From Felis catus (taxonomy: Eukaryota): a stretch of 64,000 nucleotides of DNA. This document shows, piece after piece, positions 1-11,599 of this stretch. Position 1 is the first letter of the stretch; every line of letters starts with the position of its first letter. The position numbers were made by a program, and so were the translations under genes. The notes beneath the pieces are model-generated. The model saw nothing but the letters and a program-made list of their open reading frames with translations. It did no database searches and was not told the origin of the DNA. The stretch spans positions 109,804,001-109,868,000 of the forward strand of contig NC_058373.1 in the NCBI RefSeq assembly GCF_018350175.1. Direction: 5' to 3'.

Positions 1-129
1 AACAGCAGGTCAAAAGTGGAACTCTAGAATACCATTGTTTAAAGAACAGGCCGACGAAGAATAAACTACAAGGGTGACAAAGAACAAAAGCACCAGAGGA
101 AAATCAGAAAAGTGGCCAACCAACAGCTA

Positions 130-450
130 ATAGTAACTGATCACTAATATCTAGATCCAGCATCGGCCTCTTCACATGCATTGCTTCATTTAACCCTACC
201 CAAAACCCTAAAAGATAGGTCTGTTTATTACTGCTTTTTAGACTAGGAGACTGAGGCTTAGAGAAATAGGCCTTGCATGGTAGTTTAAGGGAACGGGTAT
301 ATGCTCGGGTTCAAATCCTGGTGTCACAAGACATGTCTTTCAGCTTCCTATTCTTCAAACAGGGGTAACAGTTGCAACCTCAGAGGGTTGTTAAAAAGAA
401 TAACTTAATTACTACATCCTAAATGCTCAGAATGATGCCTGATACAGAAG
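130..450. mobile_element. Two degraded MIR SINE fragments in opposite orientations
   Basis: MIR-core-like words: cttcatttaaccct...gactgaggcttagaga and gggttcaaatcctgg...cagagggttgtt. Confidence 0.55.
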
Positions 451-480
451 AAGACCAGTAAGTGACCTAGAAGAAAAAAA

Positions 481-691
481 TTTTTTTTTCATTTATTTAT
501 TTTTGAGACAGAGAGAGACGGAGCATGAACGGGGGGAGGGGCAGAGCGAGAAGGAGACACAGAATTGGAAGCAGGCTCCAGGCTCTGAGCCATCAGCCCA
601 GAGCCCGACGCGGGGCTCGAACTCACGGACCGCGAGATCGTGACCTGAGCTGAAGTCGGACGCTCAACCGACTGAGCTACCCAGGCGCGCC
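481..691 (-). mobile_element. Can-SINE (SINEC_Fc type)
   Basis: Reverse tRNA-like head, (CT)n region and poly-A; TSD cctagaagaaaa on both sides. Confidence 0.95.
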
Positions 692-1719
692 TAGAAGAAA
701 ATTTCAAAGAAATACAATAGTGTCAAATAACAAACCTGCAGAGTACACTATCAGATATAAATTCTACTATGTATAAGTAAACAAATACGCACACACCCTT
801 GCTGTTAATCATGACAACTGAGATTGAAGTGAAAATGCATACACATACGGGTGTGCGTGCGCATGTGCACACACGGGGCAGGAGAGTGAGAAAGACTAGA
901 TACTTCTAAAGTGAAGTCACAAAATGAAATGTTCCCCAAAAAAGTCTCCAAACAGAAAGATACTTTAACATATTAATAATTCTTTAAGTTTCCACTGTTA
1001 ACCAGTGTTATTCCGACACTGGATATCTTACAATCATGTCAATGTATCTCACACAATCAGACAATATCTTATAAATATTTATAGATTGACACTTTCCTTT
1101 ACATTTTAAGGTAGATTCACTATTTAATACTCCAAATTGGGTGAATGTCCAAAAGGGATCTGCTGAAATGAAATCAAAATAATGGCAAAACCCTGAACAT
1201 AACTATTTATAGTCTTATACTTGTGTAAAGTTACAGTAGAACAGATGAGATCTCCTAACTACATTGTGCCATATCGTGGGAAGATCAGAATGTAGTTAAA
1301 TTCTAAACTCATTTCCTCTCTTCTGAACATACTGAAAGATCCTGATATCAGAGATAACCAACAAAAGGCATAATTCTTGAACCATCCTGCAAAAGCCGGA
1401 TATTAAGAGAAAAAAAATTTCACACTTAACAGATCTGACGTGACGGATAAAAAGGACTGAAAATAATGTACTGTCGAATGTAAGTTTAGGAAACACAGGA
1501 ATATGTTTAGCTTAGACTTAAGCCATCAAACTCTTTTAATACTTGCCTTCCTTGCCCTTGGAATTAACTACTACTGCCCTCTAGCAAGAGGTCCAAAAAT
1601 TAGAGAATGGAAAAAAATATCTATCATTCAGGACTTAGCTACAGTCTAAAGAGAAAGATGCTATAACTTATTAGTAATTATTCAAATTTCTGTTGTTAAT
1701 CATGACAAGTGAGATTGAA

Positions 1720-2225
1720 TTTTCCTTACTTGTTCTTTCCTCTCTTCCCCATGCAACATAAATTATCACCTCTATGTGAACTCCTGGATTTTATCTTCAA
1801 CCCTGATCTCTCTCCAAAATTCCAACCCCATAGCTCTAATGTTTGCCCAGACCTCTACCCCTGAACATGCTGCCAAAACTCCAAATTAAATATACCCAAA
1901 ATAGGGGCGCCTGGGTGGCGCAGTCGTTAAGCGTCCGACTTCAGCCAGGTCACGATCTCGCGGTCTGGGAGTTCTAGCCCCGCGTCAGGCTCTGGGCTGA
2001 TGGCTCAGAGCCTGGAGCCTGTTTCCGATTCTGTGTCTCCCTCTCTCTCTGCCCCTCCCCCGTTCATGCTCTGTCTCTCTCTGTCCCAAAAATAAATAAA
2101 CGTTGAAAAAAAATAAAAAAAAAAATATACCCAAAATATAACTCAAACACCTGTATTCTTCATCTCTGTTAACGATATGGTATTCTCAGCCACCTAGGCC
2201 CAACATCACAGAATCATCTTTGATT
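1720..2225. mobile_element. Degraded L2-like fragment interrupted by a SINE
   Basis: Pyrimidine-rich L2-like words such as caaccctgatctctctcc and cagccacctaggccc. Confidence 0.4.
1904..2122 (+). mobile_element. Young SINEC_Fc
   Basis: ggggcgcctgggtggcgcagtc head, CpG-rich; perfect TSD aaatatacccaaaata at 1888-1903 and 2123-2138. Confidence 0.97.
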
Positions 2226-3239
2226 AAAGAAAGTCACAGGACAAGACTCAAGGAACTAAAAAACCTCCCTTGAAAATCGCCCTTCACATCTATCTCATCA
2301 CTGTTCACCCTGCCATTATCCTCCATTTTTTATCCAGTTTTCATTACCCCTCATCTGCAACTGAAATATGTTTTCTCTACACCCCTGACACACACACAGG
2401 ACAGGAAATACTCAATTTAACCTCTAATTCCTGGAAAAAGATGGCAAGAATAGGACAAATTTTACTTCCTATGAGAGTAAGATCATATAAAAAAACGTTG
2501 TTCTTAGAAATTATTTTCATGTTGTAAAAAACACTGACATTCAGCCTGACACAAGGTGGAAAATAAAAGTAAACATGCGATGCCACAAACATTTTTTAAG
2601 TACATAAAACTACTTAATTTTTATAAAGTGACATATACATTCTTTTGTTTTTGCATGGGCTGCAGTCGTTTGAACTTGTGAATCCCATGCTGTATTTTGC
2701 AGCAGCCCCAGACATATCAATATTTTAACGGGTAAAATATCTTCCCTACAATAATAAAACTGCAAAAAAGGTTGCCATTCTCTCCAAGAATCCTATATTG
2801 TTTTCTTGAGTTATCTAGGTCATACCCATGCTTCAAGATCTAGCTCAGATTCTACCAGTACCACATTTTTCTTAACCTAGCCTAAAGTAGGTTTATACTT
2901 ACTCTGAATGCCAAAATATTGTCTGTTATTTACATAGCAGTAATCGCATACCAAATATATTGAAGTGTTATTTATCCCTAGCTGTTTTACATACTTATAT
3001 TCGTTTCTGTCTACTATAGAGTATATATCTCCTAAGGACATGAACCATGTTTTCCAATTCTCTAGTATCAATCCTCTACCAACCTGAGGCTAACTCTATA
3101 GCCTACCACACAAAATCCTACTTCCTGTGAGAGGTATATAAAAATACAAACACACACAAAACACACTCCATAGAGGACAAAGAGGCAAGGATAAGGAACT
3201 ACACAGATATGTAAAACAACAACAAAGGTAGGACGCGTG

Positions 3240-3259
3240 CACACACACACACACACACA
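3240..3259 (+). repeat. (CA)n microsatellite
   Basis: Direct reading. Confidence 0.9.
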
Positions 3260-4429
3260 AGCCACAGAGGCAGCCATCCTTTTTCTGGAGAAAGCAAAGA
3301 AATAAAGAAAAAGAAATAAATCAAACAGTATCAACACTGACATCCATGATACCCATAACCACAGCTTTGAGATCAATTCATCTCAACCTATAAAGTTACA
3401 GAAAACACCATGAAGGGAGAACTGAGGAAGCTAAGAAAAGGCTTGGGATTTGGGAACATCACTTTACCATCGCACATAGTACCCTAGAAGCAGAAAGCAT
3501 TCAATAAACACCTGCTGGTGTGAATGTAATTTAATAGATATTCTTACATACCCAAATTCTGGAATTAAACTATGTTCAAAATGCTATTCTTGCACGAAAT
3601 GAGTTATAGGATCAAATTACCTCAAATTTCCAGAATAATGCAGTAAATACTATGTGCTTTGCTTATATACATACGTTTTTGATGCCAAAAAGAGATACAT
3701 CCACATTTTAATCATTCAAGATTTCCAAAATAACCCAATGATTCATAAATTGTATTCTTCCTATTTTTAGAATGGCTCAAGGGATTTGTGTGATTCTCAA
3801 ACTCCTTTCTTAATTCCTAAGAAAAAGTTCAATTTGATTTTACAATCTTAGGGGGAAAAAAGAGGGGAGAATTTAGAGGGAATAAAGTAGCTCTGTAAAA
3901 ATAATTCAGTGCTACGTTAAATACAAATAAATGATAGGCTAATGGAATCACAAGTTTAAAAAACCTAACCATTACGAAAACTTTAGCTTCAATATCTCCT
4001 TTCTTCCTTTCCTGAAAATAGATGCCTGTCATGCATGGTAACAACTTAAAAGCCCAAGTAACACAGGGCTGAAGGATTCACGAAGAAAGGGAAAGACTCT
4101 GATTGAATAAGAACCAAGATGAAAATATCCTGACAAGTGGCCAAGAATTGGAAACACAGTGGGAAATAAAGGAACATGTCTTTGTGGTGGATTTGGTTGA
4201 TATGAGTGAGCTGAAAAGGGGTTATGGGAAAAGACCTGCACTAGAAGTGAGGGAGCATGTTTTTGTTTGTTTTGTTTTGGGGTTTTTTTTTTTTTTTGCA
4301 CATGACCTTTAGTAAATCACTGAATCTATTCTGAATCTTGGTTTTCTCACACTTCCACTTATTCTTCTTACTGGCTCTTTTGTATCCATCAATGATATTG
4401 ATAGTAACTAAGATATATTGAACTCTTGT

Positions 4430-4650
4430 TGTATCCAAGGTACTATTCTGAATGCTTTCTATGCATTGTATCTCATTTAATCCTGGGGACAGCCCTATAC
4501 AGTAAGTACCTTATTTACCCATTTTATAATTAGAAAAGTGGGGCTTAGAAAAGGCAGGTGATTTGCCAAAGATCACATGGTTCACAAATGCATAGCAGGG
4601 ACTGGAACTGAAATCTGATTTTAGAGCCCACACTCTTAAATGCTTTCTTA
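4430..4650. mobile_element. MIR SINE
   Basis: tctcatttaatcct...cccattttata...atttgccaaagatcacatgg. Confidence 0.75.
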
Positions 4651-5074
4651 CGCTGACCCCCAAATGATATAAAAGACATGTTCTACAAAGCATTTTTAAA
4701 TGGCCATTCAAATGTAAGGTTGTTATTATAATTCTCATCTGCACTAAATGAATCGCTATCATTTATATAACCAAGCAACATACAGTTAAAATGTTTAAAG
4801 CATACACATGTGGAAAGTCTTAATACCAGCAAAAATTTAAGATAAAAAGCAGTATCAAATGATGTGAAGTTCAGCATAACTTTTACTTGTCTGGACATGC
4901 AAATTTCCAAGTACTTACAAGCTTAAAAAAAGATTTAAAATCTATATATGCTATAAGATATAGTAAATTTAACACGTAAGCCTTGACCTAGAGCTTTTTC
5001 TCTCCTAGCTATTATTTCACATTCCTACTTGATGAATGATATGGAATAAAATCAGAGAAAGATATTTAATAGGG

Positions 5075-5290
5075 TTTGTCAGGCACTGTTTTAAGCACTG
5101 CACAAATATTTACTCATGTAATTCTCAGAACAGCCTATGAAGTACTTGCAATTATCCCATTTCATGGACAGATAACTGAAATGCAGAAGGGTTACATGTA
5201 AACAGCCCGAGATTATAGAGCTGCTAATTGCAGTCAGTGCTCAATTCAGGCAGTTTGGTTTAAAAATCTGTGCTCTTAACCACTAGCTCT
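5075..5290. mobile_element. MIR SINE
   Basis: caggcactgttttaagcac...attatcccatttca...gctcttaaccacta. Confidence 0.75.
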
Positions 5291-5550
5291 GCTATAATTC
5301 AAGGAATGGTGAAATTTTTTTTTTTTTAAAGACAATAAAAAGTAATCATAACAATGATCACGAAGAATGCCCACAAAGAGAATAGAGTCATCACCTATCT
5401 CAGCATCCACACTAACACTAAGGAAAATGTAAAAGAAATATTAACTAACATGATAAATGAAGTAATATAAATTATCAGTTTTAGTTATAATGGCACACTA
5501 AGCTTACTAGTCTTTGAAAGAAGAGGTTTCTTTTAATTTTCATGTGAGAC

Positions 5551-5765
5551 TGGGATACCTGTGGCTCAGTTGGTTAGGCATCTGACTTTGGCTCAGGTCA
5601 TGATCTCATGGTTCAAGAGTTTGAGGCCTGCACTGGGCTCTCTGCTGTTAGCACAGAGCCTACTTTGGATCCTGTCTTCCTCTCTCTCTGTCCCTCCCCG
5701 GCTCACATGTGTGCACTCTCTCCCTCTCTCTCTCTCAAAAATAAAAAAATAAATATTAAAAAAAA
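5551..5765 (+). mobile_element. Can-SINE (older)
   Basis: gtggctcagttggttag head, CT-rich body, A tail. Confidence 0.9.
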
Positions 5766-5999
5766 TTCCTATGAAATGATATTGTTAGCAGATGACATTT
5801 GGTGACTAATATTCGTTAATATTAACGTAACAGACTTGCTCAACAGGATTTTTATCATTTCTTGGTCCATTCAACATATGAAGAGGCAAAAAAACTGTGG
5901 TAGAGCTCTAAAAAAAAAAAAAAAAAAAAAAAATCACATGAGCCAGTGGAGCTCACAACAGAATTAATGATAAATTTGAACCCTTTAAAAGTACAACAG

Positions 6000-6119
6000 A
6001 GGGCATCTAGGTGGCTCAGTCAGCTAAATCCAACTCTTGATCTCAGGCCTTGATTTCAGGGTCGTGAGGTCAAGTCCTATGTTGGGCTCCATGTTGGGAA
6101 TAGAGCCTACTTAAAAAAA
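6000..6119 (+). mobile_element. Short-form Can-SINE lacking the CT region
   Basis: tRNA-like head ending gagcctacttaaaa; flanking aaaagtaca duplication. Confidence 0.85.
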
Positions 6120-6307
6120 GTACAGTAAGTACTTAATATGATCTTAATAGAAGAATCACATTTTGTGAAGGACTACAGTATTTGTCATTTCATCAGATTC
6201 TCACAATTGTGAGAGTTAAGTAAGACAAGTAGTAGTATTATACTTACAAATAAGTAAATTAAAGTTCAGCAAAGTTAAACATTTTGTATGCTCTAGATAG
6301 AAAGAGC

Positions 6308-6750
6308 TTTTTCTTTCTTTTTTTTTTTTAATTTTTAATGTTTATTTATTTTTGAGAGAGAGAGAGACAGAGCGTGAGTGGGAAAGGGGCAGAAAGAGAG
6401 AGGGAAACAAAGAATCCAAAGCAGGCTCCAGGCTCCGAGCTGTCAGCACAGAACCCAACGCAGGGCTCAAACCCACAAACTGTGAGATCACGACCTGAGC
6501 TGAAGTTGGACGCTTAACTGAGCCACCCAAGTGCCCCAGAGCTTTTTTTTTTTTTTTTAAGTTTATTTATTTATTTATTTTGAGAGAGAGAGAGAGATGG
6601 GGAGGGGCAGAAAGAGAGGGGGAGAGAGGATCTGAAGTGAGCTCTGTGCTGACAGCAGACAGCCCAATGCAGGGCTCGAAATCATGAACCGTGAGATCAT
6701 GACCTGAACCGAAGTCAGACACTTAATAGACTGAGCCCCTCTGGCACCCC
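6308..6750 (-). mobile_element. Two tandem Can-SINEs (6308-6537 inserted at the tail of 6544-6750)
   Basis: Two reverse heads; agagctttt duplicated around the first element, atagaaaga around the pair. Confidence 0.9.
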
Positions 6751-7044
6751 AATAGAAAGATCTCTGACTCCATGTGCTTCTTCTATCACATCATGCTGCC
6801 AACAACTTTATGCTTATGATTTTCAAGTTGTTTCATGACAATTAATGCTTAGGCAAGAAAATTTGGAAAATAATAAAGAACACATAATGAAGGTTATGAT
6901 CCTTAAAATGTTGAGTTTTGCTAAAGATCTTGTTTTATGATGTACAATATATCTAGCTGAAATGATGAACCAGTTAACTCAGCCAAAATGGACTTGAAAT
7001 CCAAGAAAAAAAATCTGCATTTAAAGTTAGATAAATCCACACAC

Positions 7045-7160
7045 ATATCGTGATGAGCACCGGGTAATGTATAGAATTGTTGAATCAGCACACTGTACAC
7101 CTGAAACTAATATAACACTGTTAACTATACTGGAATTAAAATAAAAAACTTAATAAAAAA
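7045..7160 (+). mobile_element. L1 3'-end fragment (carnivore L1/L1MA9-like)
   Basis: gtgatgagcac...tgtacacctgaaactaatataacactg...aataaaaa. Confidence 0.85.
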
Positions 7161-7513
7161 CACTAAGTGAATCCAATTTTAAATGCTTAAGTGGGAAATA
7201 ATGTGACCCTGAAATACTACTATTTTTCAAGAGTAAAAACCAAAAATCACTTCTAACCACCATTTACCTCAATCATTTAAGTTTCTTCTAAATCAAATAC
7301 GGCAACTTGTAAAATTAAATGATTCTGTTTGATGATTGGGAAACACAAGGAAGTTTTTATTTTCTGAGAAATGCTAGCTTCCCAGAGATGATCAGTTTCA
7401 AAGATAGTTCACCTAGATTTGATTATTACCAAACCAAGGCACAGAAAGGGCTGGGGAACCAAACAGGAACATTCAACAAGTGAAATTACTTAAAATGGAT
7501 TACTGGGATAATT

Positions 7514-7531
7514 CTTTTAATTCTTTTTATT

Positions 7532-7571
<40 letters not shown>

Positions 7572-7727
7572 TACAAATGGGGAAGGGGCAGAGAGACAGA
7601 GGGAGAGAGGATCCAAAGTGGGCTCTGTGCTAACAGCAGAGAGCCCAATGTAGGGTTCGAACTCACGAACCATGAGATCATGACGAAGTTGGATGCTTAA
7701 CCGACTGAGTCACTCACTCAGTGCCCT
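7514..7727 (-). mobile_element. Can-SINE with expanded (GA)n
   Basis: Reverse SINE; TSD-like tactggga(t/g)aatt. Confidence 0.9.
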
Positions 7728-7824
7728 ACTGGGAGAATTTTTTAAAACATCAGTTACATGATTAGTCATCAGGAAAATGCCCAATAAACTGTACTTTGTA
7801 CAAAAAATAAAAATTTCATAGCCT

Positions 7825-8018
7825 ACGTGCCTAGGGCATCTGACTTCAGCTCAGGTCATGATCTCATAGTTTGTGAGTTCTGGTCTTAAGTCGGGCTCTG
7901 TGCTGACAACTCAGAGCCTGGGCCAATTTCACATTCTGTGTCTCCCTCTCTCTGACCCTCCCTGCCCACACTCTGTCTCTCTCTGTCTTCTTCAAAAATA
8001 GACATTAAATTTTTTTTT
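7825..8018 (+). mobile_element. Can-SINE with degraded head
   Basis: cagctcaggtcatgatctc...ctgtgtctccctctctctg. Confidence 0.85.
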
Positions 8019-9274
8019 CTAGCCTATAAACTGTATACTATACCCTCACATCCCTAAGTCAGGTGACACGCATTGGACTCGCAAAGAAGATGACCTAAAA
8101 CTAGTTTTGCAACCAGTAGCTTGACGTCCATTTTCAGGGAATAAAATCACCAAAGTGAAAACACTTAAAAAAGAATCTCTTTAGAAGTTATTTGTGAAAA
8201 AATATTGTGGAATTCTCTACTTGTTCCCATTTTACCCAAGCATGAGTAGCTCAATGTAGACTATGGATATAGAATCCACACTTGGCAAAGTCTAAGACTG
8301 TGGCTGGCTACCTCCTCAGAGAACAAAAGAAAATGGCTGCATTACATGGTTATTGGTCTGTACATCTAGACTTTGTCAGGGCAAAGGATACGAAGCTTTT
8401 TCCTGCGGACCTATGATAGCATTGGTATGGGGCCAGCTTAAAAAGTACTTTGTCCAAAAAGGTTGTCTAGAGACATGTGGCTGCCATGGAGAGCTCACAG
8501 GGTGAAGAAACTAAACGCTGCAGGCTGAGAACAAATCTTAAGCAGCTAAGTATCACAGCAGAGACTAATTCATCAGCAGATCACTAGTGAGGCACACAAC
8601 TAGACATCAGGTGTCACTTTGTATCAGAGTTCTAGCCCAAGCAACATGAGAAAAAGTAATGTAGGTCACTTCCAGGCCTTGCCCATATAGATGGCCCACA
8701 TGTGCTTCTCCTTCCAACTCCATACACAAGGCACAGAGATCTTTACTGAATAGTTCTCACGTAATGAATGCCTACTCAGAGCTGGGCTCTTTTTCATCTT
8801 CATTCATACTGAATGGTAACAAACCTGACTCATGAGATCCTGTCTCCTAATTATGATTCCTAAGCAGACACAAGAGCAACAGTTGGGCTATCTTCTTCTG
8901 AAAATATGACCAAAACCTAAAGTCATCAGAGCTGCTGTCTTGCTGGGGGAATTGGAGAGTATCAATGATGAGGGACTGTCAGTCCAGTTCTCCATGAAGC
9001 TGAGTGCACATTCTAGCCATAGGAACAATGGGACCTAGAGTAGTTATCGGGTTGCTTAAATGGCTTCCTTATAATGAATCCCCATCATCTGAGGTCATGC
9101 TTCTTAAACCGGAGGACACATCAATGACTAGAGTAAACTGGCTATTATAAGCCACAAGTCTAAATCCCTAGAATAGCAAAGTTATGATGTGGCAACTATT
9201 TCAGAAGAATATCAAACACAGCATATTGTGAAGTGGAATACAAAAATCACATGAGTTTTTAAAATAGAAGAGTA

Positions 9275-9493
9275 GGGGCACCTGGGTGGCTGTCGGTTGA
9301 TCGTCCGACTTTGGCTCAGGTCACGATCTCGCGGTCCGTGAGTTCGAGCCCCGTGTCAGGCTCTGTGCCAACTGCTCAGAGCCTGGAGCCTGTTTCAGAT
9401 TCTGTGTCTCCCTCTCTCTCTGACCCTCCCCCGTTCATGCTCTGTCTCTCTCTGTCTCAAAAATAAATGTTAAAAAAAAATTAAAAATAAAAT
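9275..9493 (+). mobile_element. SINEC_Fc
   Basis: TSD aaaatagaagagta at 9261-9274 and 9494-9507. Confidence 0.95.
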
Positions 9494-9747
9494 AAAATAG
9501 AAGAGTAAAATTCAAAGAAATTTCATTCTTTGAAGGTGTTAATGCAGGCTTTGTGTTCAGCTATCACTGGAATATTCATTTACCACTATTTTCCTGAGGA
9601 AAAGTTAGAGAAGTACCAACCTATGTGAAATGAACTTAGTTCATTTCACAGCAATCTGGAAGTCTTTTTTTCCCCCCCCTTATAGCACATCCTGTTAGAC
9701 TTTAAGCCACACTAGAATAGGATGTTTTACCCTTCTTTATATCCTTT

Positions 9748-10080
9748 GTAGTAAACCTAAAAGATGGCCCTCAAAGATACCCAAAACCTGATTCCTATAA
9801 ATGGTTCCATACATAAGGAGTTATGTAACTAAGATCTTGGGAAGGAGAGATTATTTTGGATTATCTAGCTGAACCTAAATGTAAGCACAAGTGCCCTCAT
9901 AAGAGGAAGGCAGAGGAAGATTTGACCACAAGAGACAGCGTGATGATGGAAGCAGAGATTGGAGTTCTGTGCTTGGAAGATGAAGGCACCATAAGCCCAA
10001 GTAATATAAGCAGCCACAAGAAGCTCAAAAGGGCAAGGAAACGAATCTTCTGCTCAGATCTTCCAGGAGGAACTGGCACC
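9748..10080 (+). mobile_element. MaLR LTR (MLT1C/MLT1D-like)
   Basis: gagattattttggattatc...gatggaagcagagattggagt...ggcaaggaaacgaatc, typical of MLT1. Confidence 0.8.
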
Positions 10081-10239
10081 GAGAAAAGTAGTCATGTGAG
10101 CTGAGCTATTTTCACTTTATGCTATCTATGCCCATCCAAGGTGGAATACAAACCAGATGAGTAACACACTTGCATTTATAGGAAACACTGTCCTGAACCC
10201 TGAATAAATAGGTAAGAGGGGCCATACAGGCTTAAGACG

Positions 10240-10404
10240 AAGTTTGGAGTTTCCAGACTGGTGACCATGGGAAGACTGGAGACAGTAATATACCTAGAAA
10301 GGGCATGGAAGCTTCGCACCCTTTCTGCACACCTTGCTCTATGCATCTCTTCCATCTGGCTGTTAGGTCATATGCTTTATCATATCCTCAATAAGCTGAT
10401 AAAT
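10240..10404 (+). mobile_element. MER21-like LTR fragment
   Basis: gggcatggaagct...accttgctctatgcatctcttccatctggctgtt. Confidence 0.65.
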
Positions 10405-10586
10405 GGGGGTGCCTCCGTGGCTCAGTCGGTTAAGCGTCCGACTCGATTTTGGCTCAGGTCATGATCTCACGGTTGGTGAGCTCGAGCCCTAAGTCTGGCT
10501 CTGCGCTGCCAGCACGGAGCCTGCTTGGGATTCTCTCTCCCTCTGCCCCTCCCCCGCACCTTCTCTTTCAAAACAAACGTCAAATG
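10405..10586 (+). mobile_element. Can-SINE
   Basis: TSD aataagctgataaatg on both sides. Confidence 0.93.
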
Positions 10587-10956
10587 AATAAGCTGATAAA
10601 TGTTTGTGAAGTCGATCAAGAGAGACACTGGTGGAAGCTCTTCAAGCAGGGGTTATTAAAGCCTACAGTGCTGGAAGCCATGCAACCAAAGCCTCTGCCA
10701 GGTCATCCTTTGTTGATGATGAAGAACATCATGGACACCGCGCATTGCAAGTGTTACTCATCAAGCCAGACAACAGATGATGGAAAATCTGGTTGAAAGC
10801 ATCCTGGTCTCTCTCAATGGTCTTCCCATTCCTAATCAAGTGCTACCTAAATGATTTATTAAGGCTGAGGGTTCAGTGGGATTGAAAACAGCAGACTAAA
10901 TGGGGGGGGGGGGGAGGGGGAATCTTAAAAAAAAAAAAAAGGTAGTTCACGCTTAC

Positions 10957-11066
10957 GTGATAGCAGGCTGCATATTACCACTGCTTTATACATACAGAAT
11001 ATATAAAAATATCTATCAAAAAAATCTATGCTATTTAATGCTAGTCTGGCCTCCACAGGAAAGAAT
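10957..11066 (-). other. Candidate 110-nt non-coding 5'UTR exon, probably WDR89
   Basis: Minus-strand acceptor tttctatgtctttctgcttttcag| and donor |gtaagc, about 1 kb downstream of the CpG island. Confidence 0.4.
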
Positions 11067-11599
11067 CTGAAAAGCAGAAAGACATAGAAACTTAACATCA
11101 GTAATTTATATATTATATCCAGTCTCTAATTTGGTCCTTACAACTCTAGGTAGTAGTCATGTCTGGTATTGATTTCAATTCTGCAGTTGAGGAAGATGCG
11201 GCTGAAAAGGTGGAAGCGGCTCCTAGTCCAAGGTCTTCTACCAGATGATCTTTTACATCGATAATATCGATATACCTATGGGTATGTTGCACTGGCTTCT
11301 GAAATAACTTCAAGCTCGGAAAGAAAACAGAAGCAACATTTTACAACAGCATATTTTAATTTTATGTCCTCGCAAACCGAATGCCACACTCAAGTTTGTC
11401 AAGAGACGGGCTGAAGAAAACATGTGGACGAGTTACTAAGCAGTCTGCTCCTTCGCGTGAAAATGAGAACAGGAATACTACTACCCCTTAGATTGCTGTG
11501 TGGATTATATGAGATAATATACGCACAGTGCTTAACATAGCTGGTCTCACAGTCTGTGTTATATGTTACAGGACAGCTCTTCCCAAATTAAAATTTGCT

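Noticed and set aside
1256..1298. 10-bp inverted repeat taactacatt...aatgtagtta as a possible pre-miRNA or snoRNA
   Set aside because: The stem is short and AT-rich, the interior is largely unpaired, and I saw no convincing box C/D or H/ACA arrangement.
1904..1990. tRNA-like A/B boxes (tggcgcagtcg...gttc.agccc) here and in other copies
   Set aside because: These are the tRNA-derived heads of Can-SINEs, followed by CT-rich bodies and poly-A; they are not tRNA genes.
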